This document shows positions 11,615 to 20,094 of a DNA stretch of 64,000 nucleotides, piece by piece. How positions within the stretch are numbered: the first letter of the stretch is position 1; each line of letters opens with the position of its first letter. The DNA lies in assembly GCA_964528705.1 (NCBI GenBank), contig CAZGUW010000001.1, positions 2,429 through 66,428 on the forward strand. The letters run 5' to 3'. Source of the stretch: an uncultured Geminicoccaceae bacterium. Its GTDB lineage: Bacteria > Pseudomonadota > Alphaproteobacteria > Geminicoccales > Geminicoccaceae. A program made the translations under genes and the position numbers. The notes below the pieces were generated by a model. The model was given only the letters and a program-made list of their open reading frames with translations, did no database searches and had not been told where the DNA came from.

Positions 11615-12345
11615 CCCGCCGCCTTGAGCGCGGCAGCACGATAGCGGCAGAGATGGGCGATGGCGCAGGCCGGGCAATCGGGGTTGCGCGCCTTGCAGAC
11701 GTAGCGGCCGTGCAGGATGAGCCAGTGATGCGCACCCTTGCGGTAGGGCTCGGGCACGACCCGCTCGAGCACCGTCTCGACCTCGAGCGGCGTCCTGCCC
11801 GGGGCGAGGCCGGTCCGGTTGCCGACCCGGAAGATGTGCGTGTCGACGGCGATCGTGGCTTCGCCGAACGCCTCGTTGAGCACGACATTGGCGGTCTTGC
11901 GCCCGACCCCGGGCAGCGCCTCGAGCGCCGCGCGGTCGTTCGGCACCTGGCCGCCATGGCGCTCCACGAGGATCCGGCTGAGCTCGATCACGTTCTTCGC
12001 CTTGTTGCGGTATAGCCCGATCGTCCTGATCGCCTCGCGCACCGCCTCCTCGCCCAGCTCGAGCATGGCCGCCGGTGTGCTGGCCCTGGCAAAGAGGCGC
12101 GCCGTCGCCTTGTTGACGCCGACATCCGTCGCCTGGGCGGAGAGGACCACGGCGACGAGCAAGGTGAAGGGATCGGTGTAGTGCAGCTCGGTCGCGGGCG
12201 CCGGCCGATCCCGGGCGAGGATGGCGAAGAGCTCCTCGATGGCGGCCCAGCCGAGCCTCGAGCGGGCGACAGGCCGCCGCTTCGGCCGGCCGGCGGGCGG
12301 GCCATCGCGTCGCGTGGTCTTGGCGTTGGCGGACTGGCGCAGCAT
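11599..12345 (-). CDS. nth: Endonuclease III (DNA glycosylase/AP lyase)
   Basis: HhH-GPD LPGVGRKTANVVL, the catalytic region VDTHIFRV, and the 4Fe-4S cluster loop CKARNPDCPACAIAHLC. The start MLRQSANAK is at 12345. It is the C-terminal part of ORF 11599..12732. Confidence 0.9.
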   Translation of the reverse strand: MLRQSANAKTTRRDGPPAGRPKRRPVARSRLGWAAIEELFAILARDRPAPATELHYTDPFTLLVAVVLSAQATDVGVNKATARLFARASTPAAMLELGEEAVREAIRTIGLYRNKAKNVIELSRILVERHGGQVPNDRAALEALPGVGRKTANVVLNEAFGEATIAVDTHIFRVGNRTGLAPGRTPLEVETVLERVVPEPYRKGAHHWLILHGRYVCKARNPDCPACAIAHLCRYRAAALKAAGQSGS

Positions 12346-12372
12346 ATTCTCCCGGATGACGAAGGGTGGGTG

Positions 12373-12867
12373 ATGACCGACGACGCATCGGCGAGGACAG
12401 ATCCGGCCGCCTTCGAGGCCGTGCTCTATCCCAACCCGCCGCCGCCGACCAGCAGCCTCGTGCTCCTGGTGGTAGCGGTGGCGGGGGTGGCGCTGGGCGT
12501 CGGCATCGGCTTCTACCTCGCCGGTGCCTGGCCGGTTTCGGGCTTTGTCGGGGTCGAGCTCGGCCTCCTGATCGCCGCCCTCCTCTGGACGCGGCGCAAT
12601 GCCCGCTACCACGAGCACGTGCGACTCGACGGACGCGGCCTGCACGTGCGGGCGCTCGCCGGCAAGCGCCTGCTCCGGGAGTGGCGGTTCGAGCCCTACT
12701 GGGTGCGGGTCCGGCTCGAGCCCGGACGACATGGCGAGCGCCTATTGCGGCTCAGCGCCCATGGCCGCAACCTGACGCTCGGCCGCTTCCTGACCAGCGA
12801 CGAGCGCGCCGACTTCGCGGCGGCACTCGACCGCGCGCTCGGCCAGCACCGGCAGATGGGGCGCTGA
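12373..12867 (+). CDS. DUF2244 domain-containing membrane protein
   Basis: MTDDASAR... has two TM helices, followed by RNARYHEHVRLDGRGLHV...WRFEPYWVRVRLE...LRLSAHGRNLTLGRFLTSDERADFAAAL, which matches the DUF2244 pattern. ATG 12373 lies inside ORF 12181..12867. Confidence 0.75.
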   Translation: MTDDASARTDPAAFEAVLYPNPPPPTSSLVLLVVAVAGVALGVGIGFYLAGAWPVSGFVGVELGLLIAALLWTRRNARYHEHVRLDGRGLHVRALAGKRLLREWRFEPYWVRVRLEPGRHGERLLRLSAHGRNLTLGRFLTSDERADFAAALDRALGQHRQMGR

Positions 12868-13202
12868 CCGGACTGTCGGGATTTCTTACAGAATGACGAC
12901 TGGGCCAGGCGAGGTTAGCCGACAGTCGTGAGCCCGCCCGCTACTGGCTCCGGCACCGGCCGCACATGATTAGACGGCCGCGCTACTGATCATCCTCTCA
13001 GCTGGCCGGGTCCTCGCTGACGGCAAGCGTCGGCATGACCTGACTGGTTAGCTTACAGATTTCCCAGAACTTCTACGCATTCTCCTCTTGCGCCCATACT
13101 CCGAGCCCGGAACGAGCCTCTAACTCATTGATCGGCTGAGGTGTTTTGCGCCCGGCATCCTGCGTGCTGCATGGCCCCGCACAAAAAAGCTCCGGTTGGA
13201 TC

Positions 13203-13679
13203 ATGGATCAGGTAATGAACGAAAGCGAGCGGCGGCTCACGGACGCCGGCCCCCACCCACTGCCCGTCAGCAAGCTGCGCGGCGTGCCGCAGACGGCGCG
13301 GGTCCGGCTCAAGAGCCTGCGCATCACCACCTGCGGCCAGCTGCTGGCCGCGGCGGCGACGCCGGCGAGCCGGGAACGGCTGGCCGCAGCGACGGGCATC
13401 GACGCCGACCTGCTGCTGCAGCTCGTGCGGCGCGCTGACCTCGCCCGGATCAACGGCGTAGGCACGGTCTTCGGGCTGATGCTGGAGGCCCTTGGCGTGG
13501 ACGACGTGAGCCGGCTCGCCCGACAGGAACCGTCCGAGCTGCACCAGGCGCTACGCAGCTTCAACCAGGCGGAGCGCCTCGCCCGCCGATCGCCGACGCC
13601 GGAGGAGGTGGCCGAGTGGGTCGAGGCCGCCGGCAGCATGCCCGAGGTCGTGGTCGAGGCACCGCCCTCGCCCGGATGA
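13203..13679 (+). CDS. DUF4332 domain-containing protein (HhH-like)
   Basis: LPVSKLRGVPQTARVRLKSLRITTCGQLL ... DLARINGVGTVFGLMLEALGVDDVSRLA. This is the typical DUF4332 repeat with helix-hairpin-helix character. ATG 13203 lies inside ORF 13146..13679. Confidence 0.7.
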   Translation: MDQVMNESERRLTDAGPHPLPVSKLRGVPQTARVRLKSLRITTCGQLLAAAATPASRERLAAATGIDADLLLQLVRRADLARINGVGTVFGLMLEALGVDDVSRLARQEPSELHQALRSFNQAERLARRSPTPEEVAEWVEAAGSMPEVVVEAPPSPG

Positions 13680-13712
13680 GAGACGCCTGGTCGAAGGACC
13701 CGGCGAGCCCCC

Positions 13713-14240
13713 TCAGAGCTGCTTGTACATGTAGGTGGTGGCATCGTAGCCCGAGCCGTCCGGGGCGAGCGAGAAGCCGGGAACGCTGCCGGTGACCTTG
13801 TAACCCAGCCGGCGGTAAAGCCGCTCGGCCGCACTGCCCGACGTCGTGTCGAGCGTGATCAGGCTCCGGCCATGCACCTTTGCCCGGGCCTCGAGCTCGA
13901 TCATCAGCCGCTCACCGATGCCGCCTTGGCGGAAATCGGGATGGACCAGGAGCTTCGTGACCTCGGCGCGATGCGCCTGGTTGGGCGGCAGATCGAGGAT
14001 GAGCTGCACCGTGCCGACGACCTGCGTCCCGTACCGCGACACGAGGAGGATGCGGCGGCCCGCCGGCAGGGCCGGGCGGACCTTCTCCAGCCAGAAGCGG
14101 CGGGCGTCCTCCGGCGTGTAGGGCAGGATGAAGTTGACGCTGGCGCCGCCGTTCACCGCGGCGTGGAGAATGCCGGTGAGGTCGTCGAGGCAGGCGGCGA
14201 AGCGGTCGCTGCCGATCATTTCGAGGGTAATGGCGTGCAT
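13713..14240 (-). CDS. GNAT family N-acetyltransferase
   Basis: Acetyl-CoA motif A is VHPDFRQGGIGERLMIELEARAKVHG, followed by AERLYRRLGY. The start MHAITLEM is at 14240, 1 nt after the upstream stop. It is the C-terminal part of ORF 13713..14540. Confidence 0.85.
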   Translation of the reverse strand: MHAITLEMIGSDRFAACLDDLTGILHAAVNGGASVNFILPYTPEDARRFWLEKVRPALPAGRRILLVSRYGTQVVGTVQLILDLPPNQAHRAEVTKLLVHPDFRQGGIGERLMIELEARAKVHGRSLITLDTTSGSAAERLYRRLGYKVTGSVPGFSLAPDGSGYDATTYMYKQL

Positions 14241-14241
14241 G

Positions 14242-14802
14242 TCAGGCTCCGACCAGGACAAGGATGTAGCGGGCGCCGTCCTCCGCATCGGCGGCGAAGG
14301 CGCTCGGGCCGGCGAGGCGGTAGCGCAGGCAGTCACCGGGCTCGAGGGCGTGGGTCCCGTCGTCGAGCGTGACCTCGAGGCGCCCTTCGAGCAGCAGCAG
14401 GTGATGCTCCTGGCCGGGCACGGGCGGGGCCGCATAGGCCAGCCGGGCGCCGGGCCGCAGCGTGCATTCGAGGATCTCGGCCGCCAGAGGAGCGGCCGGC
14501 GGCGAGAGGGCGCGACGGACAAAACCGGCGCCGTCGTCACGCCAGACCGGCTGCGCCACGCGCCTGACGACCGGCGCGAAGTCCGCCTCGACGGGTGCGA
14601 GGAGCCGCGTCAGCGACATGCCGTGCGCCACGCAGAGGCGGCCGAGCACCTCGGTGGTCGGGCTGACCTCGGCGTTCTCCAGCCTCGACAGGGTGGCCCG
14701 GCTGACCCCGGCGAGCCCGGCCAGCTGGTCGAGCGTCCAGCCCCGCTCCAGGCGGAGCTGGCGCAGGCGTTCGGCGAGGCGGGAGGTGAGGCCGTCGTCC
14801 AG
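14242..14802 (-). CDS. XRE-family HTH transcriptional regulator with C-terminal cupin domain
   Basis: The HTH is LRQLRLERGWTLDQLAGLAGVSRATLSRLENAEVSPTTEVLGRLCVAHGMSLTRLL and the cupin is PGQEHHLLLLEGRLEVTLDDGTHALEPGDCLRY. The ORF track only reports 14242..14649 (GTG). The HTH-coding frame stays open up to a TGA at 14824-14826 but has no ATG/GTG/TTG. The upper boundary given here is a CTG at 14800-14802 and is provisional. Confidence 0.7.
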   Translation of the reverse strand: MDDGLTSRLAERLRQLRLERGWTLDQLAGLAGVSRATLSRLENAEVSPTTEVLGRLCVAHGMSLTRLLAPVEADFAPVVRRVAQPVWRDDGAGFVRRALSPPAAPLAAEILECTLRPGARLAYAAPPVPGQEHHLLLLEGRLEVTLDDGTHALEPGDCLRYRLAGPSAFAADAEDGARYILVLVGA

Positions 14803-14809
14803 GGCATCA

Positions 14810-14842
14810 TTCCATATTCGGGATCAATTCCCGAATATGGAA
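14810..14842. promoter_or_regulatory. Perfect inverted repeat (13-bp arms, 7-bp spacer); candidate operator of the XRE-cupin regulator
   Basis: TTCCATATTCGGG (14810-14822), ATCAATT, then CCCGAATATGGAA (14830-14842). It is AT-rich relative to its surroundings and lies in the 89-bp gap between the oxidase stop (14892) and the regulator start region. It is not followed by a T-tract on either strand. Confidence 0.5.
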
Positions 14843-14891
14843 ATTTCATGCGCCCGCGAAATTGTCAATCCCGCCACGTCGCCCCGGGCGG

Positions 14892-16280
14892 TCAGGCGGC
14901 CGCCTTGATGTTCTGGTTGAGGCTGAAGAAGTTGGACGGATCGTATTTCCGCTTCAGCTCGGCGAGGCGCTCGTAATTGCCGCCGAAGGCGGCGCGGACG
15001 ACGTCCTGGCTCTCCTCGGAGAGGAAGTTCAAGAGAAAGCCGCCGCTCGAGAAGGGCTGCATGGCGTCCCACGCGGCCCGCGCCCAGTCGGTCTGGGCGG
15101 AGTCCTCGGCCGGGTCCGTCCATTGCGCCATGAAGCCGATGTCGTACTCGGCCTGGCGCTGGGCGAAGGCGGTCTCGGCCTCGCCGACGGCGCTGGCCGC
15201 CCCGGCATAGAGCTCGACCACGACGGCGGAGAGCGGCGAGGTCATGCGGTTCGCGTGCTCGACGATGATGTCGATCGCGGCGTCGTCGAGGGCCCTGACG
15301 AAGGTCGACTTCCAGTAGTTGCGCGTGCCGTCCTGGAAGGCGTCGTCGAGCATCGACTGCATGGCGGGGAAAGGCATTGGCTGGACGGCATCCATGAGCG
15401 GGCTGCCGAACTGCCTGAGCGGCGCCACCACCCGCTCGCCCTCCGCCATGTCGCCGCACCAGCAGGGGATGACGGCGATGGCCGGATGGCCGTCGGGCGT
15501 GCTCATCAGAGCGGCATAGGTGGTGAGCTCGAGCGGTGCCGTCTTCATGAAGTCGCGATAATGGCGAAGCACGGCGCCTGCCTGGTCACGGGCATGGACG
15601 ATCAGCCCGCCGAGCACGGTGTGCACCGGATGCGCCCGAAAGGTGAACGCGGTGACGATGCCGAAATTGCCGCCGCCACCCCTGAGCCCCCAGAAGAGGT
15701 CGGCATGCTCCGTGGCGCTGACCGTCCGCCGCTCGCCTTCGGCGTCGACCAGCTCGAAGGCCAGCACGTTGTCGCAGGTGAAGCCGTGCTTGCGCACCAG
15801 CCAGCCGACCCCGCCGCCGAGCGCGAGCCCGGCAATGCCGGTCTTCGACACCACCCCGGCCGGCACGGCGAGGCCATGGAGGTGCGTCTCGCGGTCGACA
15901 TCGCCGAGCGTGGCCCCGCCCTGGACGCGCACGGTGCGGGCAGCCGCATCGACCAGCACGCCACGCATCAACGAAAGATCGACGACCAGCCCGCCGTCAC
16001 AGAGCCCCCTCCCCGCCACATTGTGGCCGCCGCCGCGCACCGCGATCAGCAGGTCGTGCTCCCGTGCGAACCTCACCGCCGCCATGACGTCCGCCGTGCC
16101 GAGCGGCCGGACGATCAGGCCCGGATACCGGTCGATCATGGCGTTCCAGATCCGCCGGGCGGACTCGTAACCGGCGTCGGATGGTCGGATCACCTGCCCG
16201 GCGAGGCCGGCAGCAAAAGCATCGATGGCATCCGCCTCGATCGCGACGCCGCTTTTGTTCACGAGCCCGGTGGCCGACAT
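14892..16280 (-). CDS. FAD-linked oxidase, BBE/VAO family
   Basis: FAD-binding PCMH domain (VRFAREHDLLIAVRGGGHNVAGRG ... GLALGGGVGWL ... DLFWGLRGGGGNFGIVTAF) and a C-terminal BBE-type tail (KYDPSNFFSLNQNI). ORF 14892..16280. Confidence 0.85.
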   Translation of the reverse strand: MSATGLVNKSGVAIEADAIDAFAAGLAGQVIRPSDAGYESARRIWNAMIDRYPGLIVRPLGTADVMAAVRFAREHDLLIAVRGGGHNVAGRGLCDGGLVVDLSLMRGVLVDAAARTVRVQGGATLGDVDRETHLHGLAVPAGVVSKTGIAGLALGGGVGWLVRKHGFTCDNVLAFELVDAEGERRTVSATEHADLFWGLRGGGGNFGIVTAFTFRAHPVHTVLGGLIVHARDQAGAVLRHYRDFMKTAPLELTTYAALMSTPDGHPAIAVIPCWCGDMAEGERVVAPLRQFGSPLMDAVQPMPFPAMQSMLDDAFQDGTRNYWKSTFVRALDDAAIDIIVEHANRMTSPLSAVVVELYAGAASAVGEAETAFAQRQAEYDIGFMAQWTDPAEDSAQTDWARAAWDAMQPFSSGGFLLNFLSEESQDVVRAAFGGNYERLAELKRKYDPSNFFSLNQNIKAAA

Positions 16281-16649
16281 GGTTTCTCTTCCTCCCGCTG
16301 CTGCTCTGTCGCCAACACCAGAGCAATCTAGCAGATGGAGAGACCCCAGTGGAGCCGGGCACTATCCTCGAGCTGCGATTGACAGCTCCCGATGGATGGG
16401 CGACATTGGTTGAATGTCTGCCATACTTATCCCGCACCCGGAATCAGCGACGAGGTTCTGTCCTATCGCAGGACATTGACCCCCGGCCGGCCGCGTCGCG
16501 CCCCGGTCGTGGGGCATCGGTGATCCGGCCCACGAGTGGGATCACCCGGGTCGCGACGTTCACATCAGCATACAAGTCGAGACATTGATCCGGCAGTAGC
16601 CGCGGCGGGAACCGTCGCTGCGGCCATGCCTTGCACGGAGGTCCAGAAA

Positions 16650-17090
16650 ATGGCCACTGAACAGAAGAAACACCCCAAGCCGACCGTCACCCTGACACAG
16701 TCGGACTACGACAGCCTGACCGGCATGGCCCGGACCACCAGAGGCGAAGTCGCCGAGCAGCTGTTCGAGGAGCTCGAGCGGGCACGCGTCGTGCCCGACC
16801 ACAAGCTGCGTCCGGGCATCGTCCGGATGGGCTCGACGCTGCGCTTTGCCACCGACAGCGGCGAATCCCGCGAGGTGACGCTGGTCTACCCGGGCGAAGC
16901 CGACATCGCTGCCGGCAAGGTCTCGGTCCTTACCCCGATCGGTGCCGCCCTCATCGGCCTCGCCTCCGGGCAGTCGATCGATTGGGTCACCCGCGACGGG
17001 AGCCGACGGCGGCTGACCATCGAGAGCGTTCTGGAGGATCGGCCCGTGCCGGGGGGACCGTCGGCGGCGGCCATCCAGCCGGCCCCCTGA
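16650..17090 (+). CDS. rnk: Nucleoside diphosphate kinase regulator / GreA-GreB C-terminal-domain family
   Basis: VVPDHKLRPGIVRMGSTLRFATDSGESREVTLVYPGEADIAAGKVSVLTPIGAALIGLASGQSIDW parallels E. coli Rnk. ATG 16650 lies inside ORF 16536..17090. Confidence 0.8.
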   Translation: MATEQKKHPKPTVTLTQSDYDSLTGMARTTRGEVAEQLFEELERARVVPDHKLRPGIVRMGSTLRFATDSGESREVTLVYPGEADIAAGKVSVLTPIGAALIGLASGQSIDWVTRDGSRRRLTIESVLEDRPVPGGPSAAAIQPAP

Positions 17091-17321
17091 CGCGGGCCCC
17101 TGCTGCCTCGGGATGTTCGAGCCGCTGGCGTCGTGTGAACAGCTCGTGGTGCTTCGTGCCTTCTGTCACGTCCACGGCTCCGGCCGGCTCCCGTGCTCTG
17201 CGCTTTCTCTTTCGGCCGCGCTCCCGCAAAGTGCGCCTTTTGGCGGGAACGCGTTCCGGCTCGGCACGAGCCGGGGCGGCACTCCTGGGAATCAGGGAAG
17301 CCACGCAGCGGAGGGACGTCG

Positions 17322-17993
17322 ATGCAGGCCTATGTCTATGGCGAGCAACGGGAGTTGCCCGGCGGGTTCGAGGCCTTCGCCGATCGCGCGGCCAGTGCGA
17401 TCATCTCCATCGACATGCACCAGGGGCATCTGGCCGACACGCCGGACTGCCCCTGCCCGGCGCCGCGGGCGCGGGAGATCGTGGGGCCGATCGACGCCTT
17501 CCACGACGCGGCGCGCCGGCTCGGCGTGCCGGTCATCCATGTCCGCACCGTGCTGCGGCAGGGCGGCGTCGACGACGTGCGGGGCGGCCGGGCCGCCTGG
17601 CGGCTGGTCTTCCCGCTCCATGTGGGCAGTATCCCGAACGCCGACGAACATGCGATCGAGGGCAGCCGCTGGACCCGCTTCGTCACCCGCGTCGAGCCCG
17701 AGGACCTGCTGATCGAGACGAAGAAGCGCCTCTCGGTCTTCTACCCGACCGACCTCGACTTCCTCTTGCGCAATCTCCGGGTCGGCACGGTGATCCTCAA
17801 TGGCGGCTTCACCGACTGCTGCGTGCTGAACGCCGCCTTCGATGCCAGCAACCGCGACTATCGTGTCGTCGTATTGCGCGACCTCGTGCGCGGCACCAAT
17901 CCCGAGATGGAGGACGCGGCGTTGAAGATGGTCTCGCTCCATCTGGGTCTCGTCATGGACGCGGCCGACCTGCTCGCCGCGTGGCGGTCGTAG
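17322..17993 (+). CDS. Isochorismatase-family cysteine hydrolase
   Basis: AIISIDMHQGH, KKRLSVFYPTDLDFLLRNLRVGTVILNGGFTDCCVLNAAFDA (catalytic Cys). ATG 17322 lies inside ORF 17193..17993. Confidence 0.85.
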   Translation: MQAYVYGEQRELPGGFEAFADRAASAIISIDMHQGHLADTPDCPCPAPRAREIVGPIDAFHDAARRLGVPVIHVRTVLRQGGVDDVRGGRAAWRLVFPLHVGSIPNADEHAIEGSRWTRFVTRVEPEDLLIETKKRLSVFYPTDLDFLLRNLRVGTVILNGGFTDCCVLNAAFDASNRDYRVVVLRDLVRGTNPEMEDAALKMVSLHLGLVMDAADLLAAWRS

Positions 17994-18070
17994 GCGCGGC
18001 GGGCGGATTTCGCCCCCCCGCACGCGATCGGCTACAAGGAAACCCGGCCCAATCGAAACGGGAGGGTTCG

Positions 18071-18805
18071 ATGCCGGGCATGACCTACGACGACGAAGCG
18101 GCCGAGCGGCTGGAGGCGGTCTACCGGTGCGCCGACATGGTCGCCCAGCGGCGGGAGACGCTCCGCCGGCTGGCGCTCCGCCCGGGCGAGCGGGTGCTCG
18201 ACATCGGCAGCGGGCCGGGGTTCCTCTGCGGCGAAATGGCCGACATCGTCGGGCCCTCGGGAGCGGTGCACGGCGTCGACATCTCGGCCGACATGGTGCG
18301 GCGGGCGAAGGCGCGCAACGCGCGCGACTGGCTCGGCTATGACGAGGGTGACGCGCAGGCATTGCCGTGCGAGGCTGGTGCCTTCGATGCGGTGGTGAGC
18401 ACGCAGGTGGCCGAGTACCTGCCCGACATCGCGCTGTTCTGCGCCGAGACGTGCCGCGTGCTGCGGCCCGGCGGGCGGGGCCTGATCCTCGCCACCGACT
18501 GGGAGACGGTCGCCTGGCACTCCGACGATCCGGCGCGAATGCGCCGCGTGCTCGACGCCTTCCGGCCGCATTGCGCGGACCCCGTGCTGCCGCGCAGCCT
18601 CGTGCCGCAGCTGCGGCAGGCGGGGCTGCAGGTGACGGATGTCGGTGTCTTCGCGATCGTCAACACGTCCTGGGACGAGGCGAGCTACAGCCGGCACGCA
18701 GCGCCCTTCATGGCCGCCTATGTGCGCTCGCAAGGCAGCCTGCCGGAGGCCGAGCTCGAGGCCTGGGAGGCGGAGCTCGGGGCCCTGGGCCGTGCGGGCC
18801 GGTAA
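18071..18805 (+). CDS. Class I SAM-dependent methyltransferase
   Basis: VLDIGSGPGFLCGEMA (motif I), FDAVVSTQVAEYL, LRPGGRGLI. GGAGGG lies upstream of ATG 18071. Only the last 244 codons of the 607-aa ORF 16982..18805 look coding. Confidence 0.85.
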   Translation: MPGMTYDDEAAERLEAVYRCADMVAQRRETLRRLALRPGERVLDIGSGPGFLCGEMADIVGPSGAVHGVDISADMVRRAKARNARDWLGYDEGDAQALPCEAGAFDAVVSTQVAEYLPDIALFCAETCRVLRPGGRGLILATDWETVAWHSDDPARMRRVLDAFRPHCADPVLPRSLVPQLRQAGLQVTDVGVFAIVNTSWDEASYSRHAAPFMAAYVRSQGSLPEAELEAWEAELGALGRAGR

Positions 18806-18884
18806 TGGTTCACCTCCTGCCGCCTGATCTTCGAGTTCTCCCGGCCGGGCTGAGCCGGCGCCCGATGCATCATGGCGCCGCGCG

Positions 18885-19268
18885 TTGATCAGGCTGCCGC
18901 CGGTCCGGCGCTCCCTCTGGCTGCTGCTCGGGCTCGTCTCTGTCGCCGTGGCCGTCGTCGGGATCTTCCTGCCGCTGGTGCCGACCACGCCGCTCCTGCT
19001 GCTCGCGGCCTTCTGCTTCGCGCGCAGCTCCGACCGGCTCCTGCGCTGGCTGCACGAGCATCCGCGCTTCGGGCCGGCGCTGGTGGACTGGGCCGAGCAC
19101 CGGGCGATCGCCCGGCGGGCCAAGGTCATGGCGGTGCTGGCGATGGCGGCGGCGGTCGCCCTGGCACTCGGGCTCGGCGCACCTGCCTGGGTCGTGCTGG
19201 TGCAGATCGTGGTGTTGGTGCCGGTCGCGGCCTTCATCGTCACGCGGCCGGAGGGGCCCGGCGGCTGA
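18885..19268 (+). CDS. YbaN family (DUF454) inner-membrane protein
   Basis: VGIFLPLVPTTPLLLLAAFCFARSSDRLLRWLHEHPRFGP is the family hallmark. 127 aa, TTG start as in the ORF track. Confidence 0.8.
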   Translation: MIRLPPVRRSLWLLLGLVSVAVAVVGIFLPLVPTTPLLLLAAFCFARSSDRLLRWLHEHPRFGPALVDWAEHRAIARRAKVMAVLAMAAAVALALGLGAPAWVVLVQIVVLVPVAAFIVTRPEGPGG

Positions 19269-19348
19269 GCAGCGGCCGCTCGCGCCATCCGGTGGCGTCG
19301 TCGACGACCTGCCGAAAGAGCTCGTCGCCCCCAGCCCCGGCCTTAAGG

Positions 19349-19987
19349 TCAGGGCTCCACCTTGCGCACATGCGGGAAGTCGCCCCTGGCGATGTAGGCC
19401 TCTTCCGCCGGGGATGAGGGGCGGCCCAGGATCGGGTTGCGGTGGGGGTGCCGGCCGAAGGTCCTGATGATCTCGCGAACCCGTGCGTGCTGCGACCTGA
19501 AACGCTCGCCCAGGGGTGCCAGCGCCTCGGGCATGCGGCTGATGATGCCCTCGACGACACCCCCCAGCCGCTCCATGCGCTCGATGTGGTCCGGCCCCTC
19601 GCAATGCGCGATGGCGATCACGTAGAAGCTCTGCTCCCAGGGCTCGAGGACGTCGAAATGGCCGTTTGCGAGCCCCTCGAGCGCCAGGCGTGCGGCCTTG
19701 ATGTCCTGGGCGTAGGCAGCCGGCGTGTCGCGCCAGAGCGAGCGCGGGAACTGGTCGAGCGCTACCAGCAGCGCCAGCCGCCCGCGCGGCGTCGTCGCCC
19801 AGTGGTCCAGCCTGCCGGTCGCAGCCGCCAGCGTCAGGCCGGCGAAGCGCTCGATGATCGCCGCGTCCATGCCGCCCTGCATGCGCTCCTCCCAGAACCG
19901 GCCATGCGTCTGGAGGTCGTGCTGATGGCCCGTCGCCGGGAACCAGAAGTCGAGCACGTCCGCCGGCTCGAAGGCATGCTGCTCCAT
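19349..19987 (-). CDS. DUF924 family protein
   Basis: VLDFWF ... WATTPRGRLALLVALDQFPRSLWRDTPAAYAQD ... FGRHPHRNPILGRPSSPAEEAY is the typical DUF924 pattern. The start MEQHAF is at 19987, inside ORF 19349..20089. Confidence 0.8.
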   Translation of the reverse strand: MEQHAFEPADVLDFWFPATGHQHDLQTHGRFWEERMQGGMDAAIIERFAGLTLAAATGRLDHWATTPRGRLALLVALDQFPRSLWRDTPAAYAQDIKAARLALEGLANGHFDVLEPWEQSFYVIAIAHCEGPDHIERMERLGGVVEGIISRMPEALAPLGERFRSQHARVREIIRTFGRHPHRNPILGRPSSPAEEAYIARGDFPHVRKVEP

Positions 19988-20094
19988 GGTCGTCTCCCTG
20001 CCCTGATCGCCGTCCCGAAGAAAGCACGGGCCCGGCCGAACGTCCCGGACAATGCGACATGGCGGTCGGGATCGGGTTCCGTTAGGCATGTCCC

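Noticed and set aside
12883-13062. Repeated 8-mers (CTTACAGA twice, CGCTACTG twice) in the 335-bp spacer as possible terminal repeats of a decayed element.
   Set aside because: For a region of this length, about one chance 8-mer repeat is expected. The copies have no extended flanking similarity or inverted-repeat organisation.
13713-14802. The XRE regulator plus adjacent GNAT as a TacA/TacT-like (GNAT toxin) type II toxin-antitoxin pair.
   Set aside because: Known GNAT-toxin partners are small RHH/DUF1778 antitoxins. Here the upstream protein is a ~186-aa HTH-cupin ligand sensor, and the unit is co-oriented with a metabolic FAD oxidase. This fits a metabolic or detoxification operon better.
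16982-18805. A 607-aa ORF suggesting a large multidomain methyltransferase.
   Set aside because: The first ~360 codons are Arg/Ala/Gly/Pro low-complexity and overlap the isochorismatase-like gene in another frame. A GGAGGG Shine-Dalgarno and ATG at 18071 delimit a normal 244-aa class I methyltransferase.
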